Assembly (NCBI GenBank): GCA_965199715.1
Contig: OZ241322.1
Coordinates: 256,001 to 320,000, forward strand
DNA: 64,000 nucleotides
Direction: 5' to 3'
DNA from: Vicinamibacteria bacterium
Lineage (GTDB): Bacteria; Acidobacteriota; Vicinamibacteria; Marinacidobacterales; Marinacidobacteraceae
Shown piece after piece: positions 30,953-40,953 of the stretch (its first letter is position 1; every line of letters begins with the position of its first letter). Both the position numbers and the translations under genes were made by a program. Below the pieces are notes generated by a model. The model searched no databases and was not told the origin of the DNA. It was given only the letters and a program-made list of their open reading frames with translations.

Positions 30953-31967
30953 CTACGTCGCGTAGTTGGGGAGGAGTTGCTTCACTACTCCATCGATGTC
31001 CCCGAGAGTCCCGCTTTGGTCCATTGTTCGCGGATCCGCCGGGAGGCGGCTACCTGATTCGCCGGAAGCGGCAGCGTCCTCGCGGTATCTTCGGCGCGCT
31101 TGGCGAATCTGGAGAGCTGCCGGTGGAGCGTGTTCGGCGGATCCCACGCTGGAATTGGAATCGCGTTCCAAGGGTTCTTGTGGGAAATCACGACCGCTTG
31201 TACGGCACTCCTCGAACGCAAGTTTCAGGCACGGGGCGTTCAGGATCGCGACCAGAAAACGCGCCTCGTCCCCGGACCCCACCGGGCGCGAATACGGTTT
31301 GGAGTCAAGAATCGCGACTCCGCACGCTGCGTGCCCGGCTCGCATCAAGTCTCCGGACGCCGGGTAGATCACGACGCGCCGCCGGCGAGGCTTCAGCGGA
31401 AGCTGTGCCGCGAGCGCTCGAACGTGGTTGGATTCGGCCCAGCAACGAAGGCGGCGTGTGGCTTCCCAAGCCAACCTGTTCCCTATAGAGCCGGTCGAGC
31501 TTCAGCCAGAGATCGTTCGCTTGGGCCTCGGCTTCGGCCAAGAGTTCACCTGCTCCATCCACGGGAACCATCGCCGTGTCGGCGTTCTTCGCGTCAACGA
31601 GAAACGGGAGAAGGTGTCGCGAAGTCAGGATCGGCGCAAGCCATTCGCGGGGGACTTCGCCGCAGCGAGGCTGCACGGACTTCCACGGCTTCCGAACGGA
31701 CGGCGTTGTGGTCACTCGTCTTGAAGAAGTCGTTGCACCCGGCTGGACGTCGGCGGCCTGCGTGAGGACCTTCGGGGTAATGGTTGCGCCCGGTCGTCAC
31801 TGCCGGGCCTCGTAATCGGACGGCGCCCACGGGAAATGCGGAGGGGCCGTCCAGTCGAACCGGCACAGGTTGTTCTTGACGTGATCCTCCGGGTCTTCTG
31901 GACGTCCCCTCAGTAGCCGCTCCGCAGCCCGGAGCATGTCGAGCGTGGGCTTGGGAACCTCTTTCAT
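30953..31967 (-). pseudogene. Degraded remnant resembling a type IIG R-M / N6-adenine methyltransferase gene (N-terminus plus C-terminal target-recognition-like region)
   Basis: Lower-GC tract; in-frame TGA at 31797-31799 and about 3 frameshifts. Pieces read GATITPKVL, VIYPASG, EARFLVAILNA, SGRDF/HKNPW..IPIP and IDGVVKQLLP. Confidence 0.55.
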
Positions 31968-32083
31968 CCTCGGTTGGAGACCCTGGCGGGAAGGCCGCAA
32001 GCGCGACCGGTCTCCGCCCGACGGATTGCAACCGAGAAGACGCGACACATTATGTCTATGCCGCTTGTCGTGGGCGGTTCGTG

Positions 32084-34729
32084 CTAGGCGTCCGACAGAT
32101 CCTGGATCGCCGACCGGATCCGTTCGGCGAGCGCCGGGAACCCGTCCGCGTTCGGGCCGCCGCCCTCGGCGCGGTTCGCTCGCCCGCCGGCGCGTCCGCC
32201 GATCTCGGCGACCGCGTCCGCGAGCAGCCGGTTCGCCGGAAGGCGGCGGGCGAGGTCGTCCGAGACCGAGAGGATCACGGCCGCCCGGCCGTTGCGGACG
32301 GTCGCGACGAGCGCCGCCCAGGGGCCGCTCTTCTGGCGGTCGCGGAAACCGTCCATGAGCCGGCGGTGCTCGCTCTTCGAGACGTCCTCGAACGGCGGCG
32401 GCGCCCAGAGCCGGACATCCCCGAGACGCTCGATTCCGTCGTCGCTTCGCGCGCCGCCGGCGAGCCGGTCGGTGAGCCTTGAAATCTGCTGACGGGCCGC
32501 CCGCAGGTCGGCCTCGAGCTTGCCGAACCGGGCCGGGGCCTCGTCCGGCCGGCTGCGGGCGGCGCGCCCGATCTCGCCCAGCAGGCCGCGGCTCCTCCGG
32601 ACGTGCGCGAGCGCCGAGGCTCCGGTCCACGCCTCGATCCGGCGCACCCCGGCGGCGACCGACTCCTCGGACGCGATGAGGAAGAGCCCGGCCTCGCCGG
32701 TGCTTCCGAGGTGGGTGCCCCCGCACAGCTCGATGCTGAACTCGGGGATCTCGATCACCCGGACCTCGGTCCCGTACTTGTCGCCGAAGAACGCGAGCGC
32801 CCCCCGGTCGAGGGCGGCGTCGAGCGACATCACGCTTGCGAGCACCTCCCGGCTGGCGCGGATCTGCTCGTTCACCCGGCCCTCGATGGCGTCGATCTCG
32901 CCGGGGGTGAGCGCGGCGAAGTGGGTGAAGTCGAAGCGCAGCCGCTCGGGCGCGACGAGCGAGCCGGCCTGCTTCACGTGCGGCCCGAGCGTGTCGCGCA
33001 GCGCCGCATGGAGCAGGTGGGTGACCGTGTGGTGCTGGCGGGCGCCGTCCCGCCGGGCGCGGTCCACGAGCGCCTCCAGCCGGTCTCCGACGCCGATCGA
33101 GCCGTTCGTGACCTTGACGGAATGCACGACCAGGCCGTCGCGCGTGCGCGTGTTCACGACGTCGGCGATTCCGCCCGGTCCGCGCAGGACCCCGCGGTCG
33201 CCGATCTGGCCGCCGCCCTCCGGATAGAACGGGGTGCGGTCGAGGATGAGTTCGCCCCGGGCGCCCTCGACGAGCGCCGGCGCCGGGCGGGGCGCTCCCT
33301 CCTCGCCAGCTTCGAGCGTCGCGAGCGTGACCGCTCCGGGCGTCTCGGTGGACCCGTACCCGGTGAACTCGGTGGGGCGGTCGCCGGCGAACTCGCGATA
33401 GCGGGCGCGCCCCGCGTCGGGCGCTCCCTTCCAAGACCGGCGGGCGCGCTCGCGCTGGGCGCTCATCTCGGCCTCGAACCCGGCGGCGTCCACGACGAGT
33501 CCGTTCTCGCGGGCGATCTCCTCGACGAGGTCGAGCGGCAGCCCGAAGGTGTCGTAGAGTCGGAAGGCGTCCGCGCCTCGGATGCGGCCCGCGCGGCGGA
33601 CGTCGTCGCACTCGAGGATGCGGTCGAGCTGGGCCATCGCGGTGCGCAGCGTTCCCGAGAAGCGCTCCTCCTCGAAGCGCGCCACCCGCAGCGCGAGGTC
33701 CCGCGAGCGGCGCAGTTCCGGATACCAGCGCTCCATGCGCTGGATCGCGAGGTCGGTCAGGTCGGCGAGGAACGGGCCCTCCACCTCGGCTTTGCGTCCG
33801 TAACGAAGCGCCCGGCGCAGGATCTTCCGCAGCACGTAGCCACGCCCGTCATTGCCGGGGAGCACGCCGTCGGCGATGAGGAACGCGGTGGCGCGGGCGT
33901 GGTCCGCGAGCACCCGCGCGCTGGCCTCGAGCGCGTCGCCGGGCGGGGAGGCGGCGCGCTCCCGGACCCACGCGGTGAGGCCGGAGAAGAGATCGGTTTC
34001 GTAGTTGGAGCCCACGCGCTGGAGCACGGCGGCGAGGCGTTCGAGCCCCATCCCGGTGTCCACCGACGGAGCCGGCAGCGGCCGCATCGCGCCCGACCGG
34101 TCGCGATCGAACTGCATGAAGACGAGGTTCCAGATCTCGAGGTGCCGGTCCTCGCCCTCGAACCCGGGGCCCTGGTCGTAATGCACTTCCGAGCACGGGC
34201 CGCAGGGGCCGGTCTCGCCCATGGCCCAGAAGTTCTCGGCCGCCGGAAGCGCGTGGATGCGCTCGGCGGGGAGGTGTTTCCGCCAGAAGCGCTCGGCGTC
34301 CTCGTCCCGGGGCGTTGCGTCGTCGCCGGCGAAGAACGAGGCCGACAGCCGGTTGGGGTCGAGGCCCAGGTCCCGGGTCAGGAACTCCCACGCCAGCGCG
34401 ATCGCCTCCTCCTTGAAGTAGTCGCCGAAGGAGAAGTTCCCCAGCATCTCGAAGAACGTGTGGTGCCTGGGAGTGAACCCCACGTTCTCGAGGTCGTTGT
34501 GCTTGCCCCCGGCGCGGACGCACTTCTGGACGGTGACCGCCCGGGGCGGGGAACCGGGCGGCGCAAGCCCGAGGAAGATGTCCTTGAACTGGTTCATCCC
34601 GGCGTTCGCGAACAGCAGCGTCGGATCGCCGAGCGGGACGAGCGGCGAGCTGCGCACGACGCGGTGATCCCGCTCCTCGAAGAACGAGACGAACGCCTGG
34701 CGCAGGTCGTCGCTGCGGGTCGGGGTCAA
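32084..34729 (-). CDS. alaS: Alanine--tRNA ligase
   Basis: LLFANAGMNQFK, HHTFFEMLGNFSFGDYFK, DTGMGLER, editing HTVTHLLH and ELCGGTH. TTG start overlaps the recX stop. Confidence 0.97.
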   Translation of the reverse strand: MTPTRSDDLRQAFVSFFEERDHRVVRSSPLVPLGDPTLLFANAGMNQFKDIFLGLAPPGSPPRAVTVQKCVRAGGKHNDLENVGFTPRHHTFFEMLGNFSFGDYFKEEAIALAWEFLTRDLGLDPNRLSASFFAGDDATPRDEDAERFWRKHLPAERIHALPAAENFWAMGETGPCGPCSEVHYDQGPGFEGEDRHLEIWNLVFMQFDRDRSGAMRPLPAPSVDTGMGLERLAAVLQRVGSNYETDLFSGLTAWVRERAASPPGDALEASARVLADHARATAFLIADGVLPGNDGRGYVLRKILRRALRYGRKAEVEGPFLADLTDLAIQRMERWYPELRRSRDLALRVARFEEERFSGTLRTAMAQLDRILECDDVRRAGRIRGADAFRLYDTFGLPLDLVEEIARENGLVVDAAGFEAEMSAQRERARRSWKGAPDAGRARYREFAGDRPTEFTGYGSTETPGAVTLATLEAGEEGAPRPAPALVEGARGELILDRTPFYPEGGGQIGDRGVLRGPGGIADVVNTRTRDGLVVHSVKVTNGSIGVGDRLEALVDRARRDGARQHHTVTHLLHAALRDTLGPHVKQAGSLVAPERLRFDFTHFAALTPGEIDAIEGRVNEQIRASREVLASVMSLDAALDRGALAFFGDKYGTEVRVIEIPEFSIELCGGTHLGSTGEAGLFLIASEESVAAGVRRIEAWTGASALAHVRRSRGLLGEIGRAARSRPDEAPARFGKLEADLRAARQQISRLTDRLAGGARSDDGIERLGDVRLWAPPPFEDVSKSEHRRLMDGFRDRQKSGPWAALVATVRNGRAAVILSVSDDLARRLPANRLLADAVAEIGGRAGGRANRAEGGGPNADGFPALAERIRSAIQDLSDA

Positions 34730-35211
34730 CTCGGGGCCTCCGCCCGGGCGATGGCCTCCCGGATGACGGACGGCGAGAAGCCGCGGCCGTAGAGGCGGCG
34801 GCGCTCGCCCGCCCGGTCCGGTGGGTTGCGCCTCTCGCGCATCCGACTGAGCGCTTCCCGCGCGCCTTCCAGCTCGGCGTCGTCGGCGAAGGCGGCGCGC
34901 ACCGCGTCCTCGATCAGGTCGTCGGGGAAGCGGCGCCGGCGCAGCAGGGCCGCGACCCGCGCCGGGCCGTGGAGCCGGCGCCGCGCCGCCCGGCCCGCCA
35001 CTTCCCGGGCGAGGGTCGCGTCGTCCACGTAGCGGCGCTCGCGCAGACGGTCCACGACGTCCTCCACCTCGTCCTCGGGAACCTCCCGATCCCGCAGCCG
35101 CACCCGCACTTCTCCCTCGCTGAGATCCCTCCGGGCGAGGGCGGCGAGAGCCGTCACCCAAGCCGAACGCGGCGGGGCGGCGGAGCGGCGGCTGGATGGA
35201 CGGGGCGGCAC
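34726..35211 (-). CDS. recX: Regulatory protein RecX
   Basis: LARRDLSEGEVRVRL, YVDDA, HGPARV and LYGRGFS; typical position upstream of alaS. Confidence 0.85.
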   Translation of the reverse strand: MPPRPSSRRSAAPPRSAWVTALAALARRDLSEGEVRVRLRDREVPEDEVEDVVDRLRERRYVDDATLAREVAGRAARRRLHGPARVAALLRRRRFPDDLIEDAVRAAFADDAELEGAREALSRMRERRNPPDRAGERRRLYGRGFSPSVIREAIARAEAPS

Positions 35212-35220
35212 CTTCGCAGC

Positions 35221-36183
35221 CTAGCGCACCCCCGTGGCGGCCCCGTGGCGCGCCGCGCCGCAGTGGGCGCACGCCGGCGCGAAGGGATGGAGCGGACGGC
35301 GGCAGCGCCAGCAGGGCTGCGGGCGGACGGGATCGCCCGAGCGGATCCGCCCGCGCACGGTGGCCCAGTCCGAGGCGTCCGCGCCCATCGAGAGCAGCGC
35401 CTTGAGGTCGCTGCCCAGCTCCTCGATGGCGGCGTACCGCTCGGAGACGGCGGGGGCGAGCGCCCGCGCCACGACCGCGTCCACGTCCTCGGGAACGCGC
35501 GGATTGCGCTTGCGGGCGCTGGTTTCGCCCCCTTCGAGGATGCGTTCCCGCAGGCGCTCCGGGTTCGGATCCTCGTAGGGAAAGCCGCCGGTGAGCGCCT
35601 CGAAGAGGACGACCCCGGCGGAATAGATGTCCGACCCGAGGCACGCCCGCCCGGCGAGCTGCTCGGGGGCCATGTAGAGCGGGTTGCCGATGGGGCCGGG
35701 GTCCTCCTCCGCCACGGTGACCCCCCGGGCGAGGCCGAAGTCGCTGATCTTCGCGGTTTCGCCGGAAAGCAGGACGTTCGCGGAGTTGAGGTCGCCGTGG
35801 AGCACCTCCTGCTCGTGCGCGTGCCCGAGGCCGGCGCAGACCTGAATCACGATTCCGAGGGCGAGCGCGGTGGGAAGGGGCCCCTCGAGCCCGATCCGGC
35901 GCGAGAGCGAGGAGCCGTCCACCCACTCCATGGCCACGAAGAGGTTCCCCTCGTGCTCGTCGCAGGTGAGCAGGCGCACGATGTTCGGGTGGTCGAGGCG
36001 AGCGAGGATCCGGCACTCCTCGAGAAGGGCCTCGCGTCCCTCGGCGCTCTGGTCGTGGGGAATCTTGATGGCCCGCAGCGCCCCGACCAGCGCGTCCTGG
36101 ACCAGATAGACCGCCCCGAACGTCCCCCGGCCGATGTGGCGCCGCACCTCGTACTTGCCGATCTTCTGGCCGAGGAGGAACAT
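35221..36183 (-). CDS. Soluble Hanks-type Ser/Thr kinase with C-terminal zinc ribbon
   Basis: GRGTFG, AIK, HPNIV, HGDLNSAN, DFG and YMAPE; C-terminal CWRC-x10-CAHC. Confidence 0.9.
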   Translation of the reverse strand: MFLLGQKIGKYEVRRHIGRGTFGAVYLVQDALVGALRAIKIPHDQSAEGREALLEECRILARLDHPNIVRLLTCDEHEGNLFVAMEWVDGSSLSRRIGLEGPLPTALALGIVIQVCAGLGHAHEQEVLHGDLNSANVLLSGETAKISDFGLARGVTVAEEDPGPIGNPLYMAPEQLAGRACLGSDIYSAGVVLFEALTGGFPYEDPNPERLRERILEGGETSARKRNPRVPEDVDAVVARALAPAVSERYAAIEELGSDLKALLSMGADASDWATVRGRIRSGDPVRPQPCWRCRRPLHPFAPACAHCGAARHGAATGVR

Positions 36184-36201
36184 GGAGGCGGGCGCCGAAT
36201 C

Positions 36202-36909
36202 CTAAGCGTCGCGGGGCGGAACCGAACCGAGAATTCGGGCCGCTGCCACGACGGCCGCCGTGCCGACGCGCAGCACGCGGCCTCCGAGCCCGAGCGGACG
36301 GAATCCGCGGGCCGCTGCCGCCTCCGCTTCCGCCCGGGTGAACCCGCCTTCGGGTCCGATCGCGAACGCCGCGTCTTCGGTCGGCGGCGCGGGACCCCGG
36401 GCCGCTCCGGGCAGCGCGATCCAGCGGGTGGTCGGGAGATCGCCCTCGATCCACGCGCCGAACGGCGCGGCGGGCTGGACCCGGGGGAGGCGGGCGCCGC
36501 CGCCTTGACGGACGCCCGAGAGCGCCGCCGCCTCCCAGCGCCGGAGCCGCTCGCGCGAACCCTCGCAGCGCTCGGTGAGCAGCGGAACGATGCGCGCCGC
36601 TCCGAGCTCGGCGAGCTGGCGCACCAGCGCGGTCATTCCGTCGCCCTTCGGAATCGCCACCGCCGCCGTCAGCCGGATGGGCGCCTCGGGGGTGGGGACG
36701 GCGTCGCGGCAGCGCACCTCCACGACGCCCTCCGACTCCCCGGCGACGGCGGCGGCGAAGGCGCGCCCCGCGCCGTCGAAGACCTCGACCTCGTCGCCGC
36801 GCCGGAGCCGCAGCACGCGCCGCGCTCTCGACGACTCTCCAGGATCGAGCGCGAGGACCGCGCCCGGCGCGGCCTCGGGCAGGAAGAACCTCGGGGTCCG
36901 GGCGCTCAA
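36202..36909 (-). CDS. rsmE: 16S rRNA m3U1498 methyltransferase
   Basis: RVLRL..GDEV..FDG, ELGA, IGPEGGF and LGGRVLRVGTA. Confidence 0.92.
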   Translation of the reverse strand: MSARTPRFFLPEAAPGAVLALDPGESSRARRVLRLRRGDEVEVFDGAGRAFAAAVAGESEGVVEVRCRDAVPTPEAPIRLTAAVAIPKGDGMTALVRQLAELGAARIVPLLTERCEGSRERLRRWEAAALSGVRQGGGARLPRVQPAAPFGAWIEGDLPTTRWIALPGAARGPAPPTEDAAFAIGPEGGFTRAEAEAAAARGFRPLGLGGRVLRVGTAAVVAAARILGSVPPRDA

Positions 36910-38075
36910 GAGAAGAGCCGGCTGAACAGCGACGGCCGATCGCGGTCCTTCGCCTGCTCGTCCTCGTCCGAAGCCGCGAAGTCGGATTCTCCGTCGTCGC
37001 CGCGCATCGCGTCCCGAAGCCGCTCCACCGCCCGGCGCTCCTCGCGCCCCATCCGCCGGGGCACCTCGACCCGAATCTGAACGAGGTGGTCGCCGTGGGC
37101 GCGGCCCTGGATTCCGGGGAACCCGCGGCGCCGCATCCGCAGCCGGGCTCCCGGCTGGGCGCCGGCCGGAATGCGCAGCGATTCCTCGCCGCGCACGGTC
37201 TCGACCTTGAGGACCGTCCCGAGCGCCGCCTCGGGGAAGCTGATCGACGCCTCGCCCAGCACGTGCGCCCCGTCCCGGCGCAGGCGGGCGTGGGGCCGGA
37301 CGTGGACGACCACGTAGAGGTCGCCCGGCGGTCCGCCGGAACGTCCCAGCTCGCCGGCGCCGGGAACCCGCAACTGGTTGCCGTCGTCGATTCCCGCCGG
37401 AATCCGCACCGTGACCTCGCGCTCCCGGCCGCGCACGCCCTCGCCGCCGCAGGCGCGGCAGGGGTTGCGGTTGATGCGGCCCGCGCCCCGGCAGCCGGAG
37501 CACGTCTGGCGAAGGACCATGAACCCGCGGCGCACCGTCTCCTGGCCGGAGCCGGCGCAGCGGCCGCAGGCGATGGGTTGCGCGCCGCCGGCGCCCCCGG
37601 TTCCCGAACAGTCGTCGCACGGCTCCTGCCGGGAGACGAGGATGCGCTCCTCCCGCGCCTCCACGGGCGCGTCGAAGTCAATCGTGAGGCGGACCTGGAG
37701 GTCGCCCCCCCGCGCGGGGCCGGCGCGCCGGCCGGTCCCGCCGAACATGTCCCCGAACATGCTCTCGAAGACCCCGCCGCGGAACAGGTCCTGGAAGTCC
37801 GAGAAGATCTCATGGTTGACGTTCGAGGCGGCGCCGCTGAGCCCGGCGTGGCCGAGCCGGTCGTAGCGCTCGCGCTTTTGCGCGTCGCCGAGCACTCCGT
37901 AGGCCTCCGAGGCCTCCTTGAAGGCGTCCTCGGCCTTCGCGTCGCCCGGGTTCTTGTCGGGGTGCCAGCGCACCGCGAGCTTGCGGTAGGCGCGCTTGAT
38001 CTCGTCGCTGGACGCGCCGCGCTCGACGCCGAGGACGTCGTAGTAGTCGCGACGGCTGGTTTCCACCGGCGTCAT
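36906..38075 (-). CDS. dnaJ: Chaperone DnaJ
   Basis: J domain HPD, G/F region, four CxxCxGxG repeats and GDLYV. Confidence 0.97.
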   Translation of the reverse strand: MTPVETSRRDYYDVLGVERGASSDEIKRAYRKLAVRWHPDKNPGDAKAEDAFKEASEAYGVLGDAQKRERYDRLGHAGLSGAASNVNHEIFSDFQDLFRGGVFESMFGDMFGGTGRRAGPARGGDLQVRLTIDFDAPVEAREERILVSRQEPCDDCSGTGGAGGAQPIACGRCAGSGQETVRRGFMVLRQTCSGCRGAGRINRNPCRACGGEGVRGREREVTVRIPAGIDDGNQLRVPGAGELGRSGGPPGDLYVVVHVRPHARLRRDGAHVLGEASISFPEAALGTVLKVETVRGEESLRIPAGAQPGARLRMRRRGFPGIQGRAHGDHLVQIRVEVPRRMGREERRAVERLRDAMRGDDGESDFAASDEDEQAKDRDRPSLFSRLFS

Positions 38076-38644
38076 GCCTCGGAGATCTCGGCCGCTTCAT
38101 CAACCGGGCCGGGAGTCTCGGGGGCATCGCCCATGGCGACGACGACGCTGGCCGGCCGCACCAACTGGTCGCCGAGCGTCCAGCCGCGGCTGAGGACGCC
38201 GACCACTTCCTCGTCCCGCTGGCCGTCCTGCGCCGGCGCCCGCTGGAGCGCCTCGTGGACCCGCGGGTCGAACGGCTCGCCGAGCGCGGGAACCTCGCTG
38301 AAGCCGTGCTGGGCGAGGGTCTCCTCGAAGCGGCGCAGCACAAGCCGCACGCCGGTGAGCATCGCGTCCGCGTTCTCCGCCGACTGGGGGCCCGCGACCG
38401 CGCGCTCGAGGTCGTCGAGCACCGGAAGGAATCCGCCGCCGACCCGAGCGAGAACGCGGGAATGGGCCTCCTTGCGCTCGATCTCGGCGCGCCGGCGGGC
38501 GTTCGCGAAGTCGGCCTGCGCGCGGCGCGCCAGATCCTTCGCGGCGACCGCCTCGCGCTCGGCGCGCTCCAGCGCCGCCCTCAGTTCGGCGAGCTCCGGT
38601 TCGGTCGCCGGCTCCTCGGCGGCGACCGCTGCTTCTTCGGTCAT
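38072..38644 (-). CDS. grpE: Nucleotide exchange factor GrpE
   Basis: ADFANARRR, LPVLDDLERA, FDPRVHEA and RPASVVV; GAGAGG RBS. Confidence 0.93.
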   Translation of the reverse strand: MTEEAAVAAEEPATEPELAELRAALERAEREAVAAKDLARRAQADFANARRRAEIERKEAHSRVLARVGGGFLPVLDDLERAVAGPQSAENADAMLTGVRLVLRRFEETLAQHGFSEVPALGEPFDPRVHEALQRAPAQDGQRDEEVVGVLSRGWTLGDQLVRPASVVVAMGDAPETPGPVDEAAEISEA

Positions 38645-39357
38645 GGTCCTCTCTTCCCGGGCGACCGGCAGGCTAGCACAGCGAATTCGGCGTGGAACGC
38701 GTCCGTCAGCGCCGCCGCGACCGCGTCCCGAGCTGGCGGCGAAGCGGTCAGCTCCGCGACCCCGACGGCAGGAACCGGAGAATCGGGGGGCAGGCCGGCC
38801 AGCTCGTTCACGAGGTCCCGCCGGAGCGTCCAGGGGATGGATCCGTGCTGCAGGAACGCGCCCTGCGACCAGCGCTGCGCGCCGGAGACGAGCTTTCGGC
38901 CGCCGGCGGTGATCTCGTGGCCGGTGGACACCGCGAGGCAGGGAAGCCGCGCCGACTCCCGGTCGCGGCGGCTCGCGGCGGACGGCGGCGGGTCGAGGTC
39001 GAGGAAGCGCGACAGCGCCGTCCAGATCACGCGCATCACCCGCACGTAGGCGGCGCGGACCCCGGCGCAGGCGCCCGCCGGCGCCGCCACCGCGTAGGTG
39101 AGCTCGTCCGGGAGGTGCAGCAGCGCGCGGCCGCCGGTGGGGCGCCGGACCCACGGGATCCGCGGCGCTCCGGGCGCGAGCGCGTCCTCGAGGCGCTGGC
39201 GATGGCCGAGGGTCAGCGCGGGACGCTCCCAGCGATAGAGCCGCAGGGCGGGGGGCGCGCCGGCGACCGCGCCCCGCAGCAGCTCCCGGTCCCGGGCCAT
39301 GTTCGCCGGCCCGTCGGCCGGGGGGGCTACTCGAGCAGCGTCCGGAGCTCGGTCCAC
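38641..39357 (-). CDS. Lipoate-protein ligase A / LipM-like protein
   Basis: [29 protein letters not shown] and LQHGSI. Start taken as GTG 39357 (AGGAG upstream); ATG 39300 is the alternative. Confidence 0.85.
   Translation of the reverse strand: MDRAPDAARVAPPADGPANMARDRELLRGAVAGAPPALRLYRWERPALTLGHRQRLEDALAPGAPRIPWVRRPTGGRALLHLPDELTYAVAAPAGACAGVRAAYVRVMRVIWTALSRFLDLDPPPSAASRRDRESARLPCLAVSTGHEITAGGRKLVSGAQRWSQGAFLQHGSIPWTLRRDLVNELAGLPPDSPVPAVGVAELTASPPARDAVAAALTDAFHAEFAVLACRSPGKRGP
38668..38680 (-). promoter_or_regulatory. Extended -10 promoter for grpE-dnaJ inside the 3' end of the lipoate ligase gene
   Basis: Minus strand TGTGCTAGCCT; the same TGTGCTAG precedes tRNA-Val near 12525. Confidence 0.5.
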
Positions 39358-40442
39358 TCCCGCTCCTGCGAGCGCGCCACCGGCTCCGAAGTGAGCCGCC
39401 CGCGCCAGGTGTTCACGCCCGGATAGAGCCACGGATCCTGCTGGACCGCCTCGCGCAGCCCGAGGCCGGCGATCTTCAGGGCGAACTCGAGCGTGACGTT
39501 CGTGAGCGCGAAGGTCGATGTCCGGGGCATCGCGCCGGGCATGTTGGCGACCGCGTAGTGGACGATGTCGTCCACCCGGTAGGTGGGCTTCGTGTGGGTG
39601 GTGGGCCGGGTGGTCTCGGCGCAGCCGCCCTGGTCCACGGCGACGTCCACGATGACGGCCCCCGGATGCATGTGGGCCAGCATGTCCCGGGTGATGACCC
39701 GGGGCGCCGCCGCTCCGGGGACGAGCACCGCGCCGATCACGAGGTCCGCCTCGGAGAGCGCCTCCTGAAGCGTGATCCGGCTGGACATGAGGGTCGAGAC
39801 GCGGCTGCCGAAGATGTCGTCTAGATACCGCATCCGCGGCACGCTCTTCTCGATGATGGTGACCTCGGACCCGAGCCCCACCGCCATCTTGGCCGCGTTC
39901 AGCCCCACGACGCCGCCGCCGATGATCACCGTCCGCCCCCGGGGGACGCCGGGCACGCCCCCGAGGAGGATCCCGGACCCGCCGCAGCCGATGTGGAGGT
40001 GGTGCGCCCCCTCCTGGATCGACATCCGCCCGGCGATCTCGCTCATCGGGGTCAGCAGCGGGAGGCTGCCGTCCGGCGCCGTGATCGTCTCGTACGCGAC
40101 CGAGGCGACCCCCCGGTCCACGAGGGCGCCGGTGAGCTCGGGAAGCGCGGCGAGATGGAGGTACGTGAAGAGGATCTGGTCCTCCCGGAGCAGCTCCACC
40201 TCCTCGGGCAGGACCTCCTTCACCTTCACCAGCATCTCGACGGTCGCGAAGACCTCCTCGCGGGTGTCCACGATGCGGGCGCCGGCGGCGGCGAACTGCT
40301 CGTCGGTGATCCGGCTGCCGAGGCCGGCTCCGGCCTCCACGAGCACCTCGTGCCCGGCGGCGACGAGCGTGCCCACGCCGCCGGGCACGAGGCCCACGCG
40401 GTTCTCCGTGTCCTTGATCTCGCGGACGGTACCGAGGATCAC
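39327..40442 (-). CDS. ald: Alanine dehydrogenase
   Basis: [38 protein letters not shown] and VANMPGA. Confidence 0.96.
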   Translation of the reverse strand: MILGTVREIKDTENRVGLVPGGVGTLVAAGHEVLVEAGAGLGSRITDEQFAAAGARIVDTREEVFATVEMLVKVKEVLPEEVELLREDQILFTYLHLAALPELTGALVDRGVASVAYETITAPDGSLPLLTPMSEIAGRMSIQEGAHHLHIGCGGSGILLGGVPGVPRGRTVIIGGGVVGLNAAKMAVGLGSEVTIIEKSVPRMRYLDDIFGSRVSTLMSSRITLQEALSEADLVIGAVLVPGAAAPRVITRDMLAHMHPGAVIVDVAVDQGGCAETTRPTTHTKPTYRVDDIVHYAVANMPGAMPRTSTFALTNVTLEFALKIAGLGLREAVQQDPWLYPGVNTWRGRLTSEPVARSQEREWTELRTLLE

Positions 40443-40840
40443 TTCGCTTCTCCTGAAACCGCGGGGCCGGGTTCGTCGCTGCGGCCCGAACGGGTCACCC
40501 CGTGGAACGTCGCCCCCGGGCTGACGGCGAGGCTCGGGGTGGTGATGTCGCCGATGACCCGCGCCCCCGCGCCGAGCACGACTTCCTCGCTGGCCACGAG
40601 GTCGCCGACCACGGTTCCGTGCACCTCGATGCGCCTTGCGGCGACGTCCGCCTCGACGCGGCCGGAGGACTGCACGACGACCTCGCCCTTGGATTCGATC
40701 GCGCCGCGAAGCGATCCTTCAATGAACACGTTGCCCTCGCCGGCGATCTCGCCGCTGATCCGCAATTCGGCGCTGATCCACGTTGGCCGGCTGCTGGAGT
40801 CGGAGTCGTCCGCCGGATCCCGGGAACGGAAGAAAGGCAT
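40439..40840 (-). CDS. Bactofilin (polymer-forming cytoskeletal protein)
   Basis: Beta-helix repeats [27 protein letters not shown] and GATFHG. Confidence 0.9.
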   Translation of the reverse strand: MPFFRSRDPADDSDSSSRPTWISAELRISGEIAGEGNVFIEGSLRGAIESKGEVVVQSSGRVEADVAARRIEVHGTVVGDLVASEEVVLGAGARVIGDITTPSLAVSPGATFHGVTRSGRSDEPGPAVSGEAK

Positions 40841-40862
40841 GGAATCGAGCGGACTTCAGGCG

Positions 40863-40935
40863 AGCGGGCGACGGGGCTCGAACCCGCGACCCCGAGCTTG
40901 GGAAGCTCGTGCTCTACCGACTGAGCTACGCCCGC
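40863..40935 (-). tRNA. tRNA-Gly(CCC)
   Basis: GCGGGCG stem, CGAGC-TTCCCAA-GCTCG anticodon arm, GGTTCGAGCCC, U73; CCA not encoded. Confidence 0.95.
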
Positions 40936-40953
40936 AACGAAGCGGGATTGTAG

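Noticed and set aside
31797-31799. In-frame TGA as possible selenocysteine or readthrough
   Set aside because: The gene has several additional frameshifts and no evident SECIS; a TGG-to-TGA nonsense change is simpler.
38660-38700. CTAGCAC resembling a CIRCE half-site upstream of grpE
   Set aside because: There is no matching inverted half at 9 nt spacing. The same motif occurs before tRNA-Val and fits an extended -10 better.
39300-39357. Programmed -1 frameshift fusing ald to the lipoate ligase at a C-run
   Set aside because: The C-run lies after the ald stop, and a GTG with an AGGAG RBS at 39357 explains initiation.
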